DNA of 64,000 nucleotides from Eledone cirrhosa (lineage: Eukaryota): positions 121,458,001-121,522,000 of the forward strand of contig OZ024744.1 of NCBI GenBank assembly GCA_964016885.1. The letters run 5' to 3'. Shown here piece by piece: positions 62,301-64,000 of this stretch. Every line of letters begins with the position of its first letter. The stretch's first letter is position 1. Below the pieces are notes generated by a model. It did not search any database, was not told where the DNA came from, and worked only from the letters and a program-made list of their open reading frames with translations. The translations under genes were made by a program, and so were the position numbers.

Positions 62301-64000
62301 AGACATGTGATGTGTATGGATGAACAGAGAGGGAAACTCGGTATAAGAGGAATCAGATGTAGTGTGTAGGAGAGGAGAGAGTGTTGGTATAGACATGTGA
62401 TGTGAATGGATGAACTGAGAGAGAAACTAGGTATAAGAGGAATCAGATGAAGGAGAGGAGACTGTGTTGGTATAGACATGTGATGTGTATGGATGAACTG
62501 AGGGAGAAATTGGGAATAAAAGACATCAGATGTAATGTGTAGGAGAGGAGACTGTGTTGGTATAGACATGTGATGTGTATGGATGAACTGAGAGAGAAAT
62601 TGGGAATAAAAGGAATCAGATGAAGGAGAGGAGACTGTGTTGGTATAGACATGTGATGTGTATGGATGAACTGAGAGAGAAACTAGACATAAGAGGAATC
62701 AGATGTAGGAGAGGAGACTGTGTTGGTATAGACATGTGATGTGTATGGATGAACTGAGAGAGAAACTAGGTATAAGAGGAATCAGATGTAGGAGAGGAGA
62801 CTGTGTTGGTATAGACATGGGATGTGTATGGATGAACTGAGAGAGAAACTAGGTATAAGAGGAATCAGATGTAGGAGAGGAGACTGTGTTGGTATAGACA
62901 TGTGATGTGTATGGATGAACTGAGAGAGAAACTAGGTATAAGAGGAATCAGATGAAAGAGAGGAGACTGTGTTGGTATAGACATGTGATGTGTATGGATG
63001 AACTGAGAGAGAAACTCGGTATAAGAGGAATCAGATGTAGGAGAGGAGACTGTGTTGTTATAGATATGGGATGTGTATGGATGAACTGAGAGAGAAACTA
63101 GGTATAAGAGGAATCAGATGTAGGAGAGGAGACTGTGTTGGTATAGACGTGTGATGTGTATGGATGAACTGAGAGAGAAACTAGGTATAAGAGGGATCAG
63201 ATGTAGTGTGTATGAGAGGAGACTGTGTTGGTATAGACATGTGATGTGTATGGATGAACTGAGAGAGAAACTAGGTATGAGAGGAATCAGATGTAGTGTG
63301 TAGGAGAAGAGACTGTGTTGTGATAGACATGTGATGTGTATGGATGAACTGAGAGAGAAACTAGGTATCAAAGGAATCAGATGTAGTGTGTAGGAGAGGA
63401 GACTGTGTTGGTATAGACATGTGATGTGTGTGGATGAACTGAGGGAGAAATTGGGAATAAGAGGAATCAGATGTAGTGTGTAGGAGAGGAGACTGTGTTG
63501 GTATAGACATGTGATGTGTATGGATGAAGTGAGAGAGAACCTAGGTATAAGAGGAATCAGACTGAGAAAGAAACTAGGTATCAGAGGAATCAGATATAGT
63601 GTGTAGGAGAGAAACAAGATGTAGTGTGTAGTAGAGTTTACTGTGTTGGTATAGACATGTGATGTGTATGAATGAACTGAGAGAGAAACTAGGTATAAGA
63701 GGTATCAGATGTAGTGTGTAGGAGAGGTGACTGTGTTGGTATAGACATGTAATGTGTATGGATGAACTGAGAGAGAACCTAGGTATAAGAGGAATCAGAT
63801 GTAGGAGAGGAGACTGTGTTGGTGTAGACATGTGATGTGTATGGATGAACTGAGAGAGAAACCGGCTATAAGAGGAATCAGATGTAGTATGTGGGAGAGG
63901 AGCCTGTCTTGCTATAGACATGTGATGTGTATGGATGAACTGAGAGAGAAACTAGGTATAAGAGGAATCAGATATAGAAGAGGAGACTGTGTTGGTATAG
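20316..64000 (+). repeat. SatB: over 43.6-kb satellite of 90-bp and 83-bp monomers (about 500) with kb-scale higher-order repeats, derived from RTE LINE ORF2
   Basis: Consensus ATGAACTGAGAGAGAAACTAGGTATAAGAGGAATCAGATGTAGTGTGTAGGAGAGGAGACTGTGTTGGTATAGACATGTGATGTGTATGG, translating DELREKLGIRGIRCSV*ERRLCWYRHVMCM. The 83-bp form lacks 7 nt between TGTAG direct repeats. There are also 80-bp and 94-bp variants and a rearranged variant. Open at window end. Confidence 0.97.

Noticed and set aside
20264-63921. Dozens of minus-strand ORFs (HSLLSYTLHLIPLIPSFSLSSSIHITCLYQ repeats)
   Set aside because: They are antisense frames of SatB, open only because the 90-bp unit lacks stops in that frame, and they are broken at every 83-bp monomer.
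1-64000. CRISPR-like array interpretation of the regular repeats
   Set aside because: Units are contiguous with no unique spacers, there are no cas genes, and the context is eukaryotic.

Overview
Eukaryotic, repeat-dominated window, probably invertebrate. The SINEs resemble octopod SINEs as I recall them (not verified). About 78% of the window is two tandem satellites: SatA (1-6024, 90-bp unit) and SatB (20316-64000, 90/83-bp units with kb-scale higher-order repeats). Both monomers are 30-codon slices of the same C-terminal segment of RTE-type LINE ORF2 (the G-I...R-W-x-G-H-V-x-R region), but with different breakpoints, so they look independently born. A dispersed RTE fragment at 6350-6895 matches the SatB monomer without gaps (about 70/90 nt by hand count). 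The 14-kb interval between the arrays holds decayed retroelements: three R4/Dong-type LINE pieces, L1/Tx1-like ORF1 and ORF2 remnants, and several tRNA-derived SINE copies. It also holds 36-bp and 80-bp minisatellites, microsatellites, and one credible host coding exon (minus strand, ALG9/PIG-B/PIG-Z GT22 mannosyltransferase N-terminus). Almost all long ORFs in the ORF track are by-products of the repeats.
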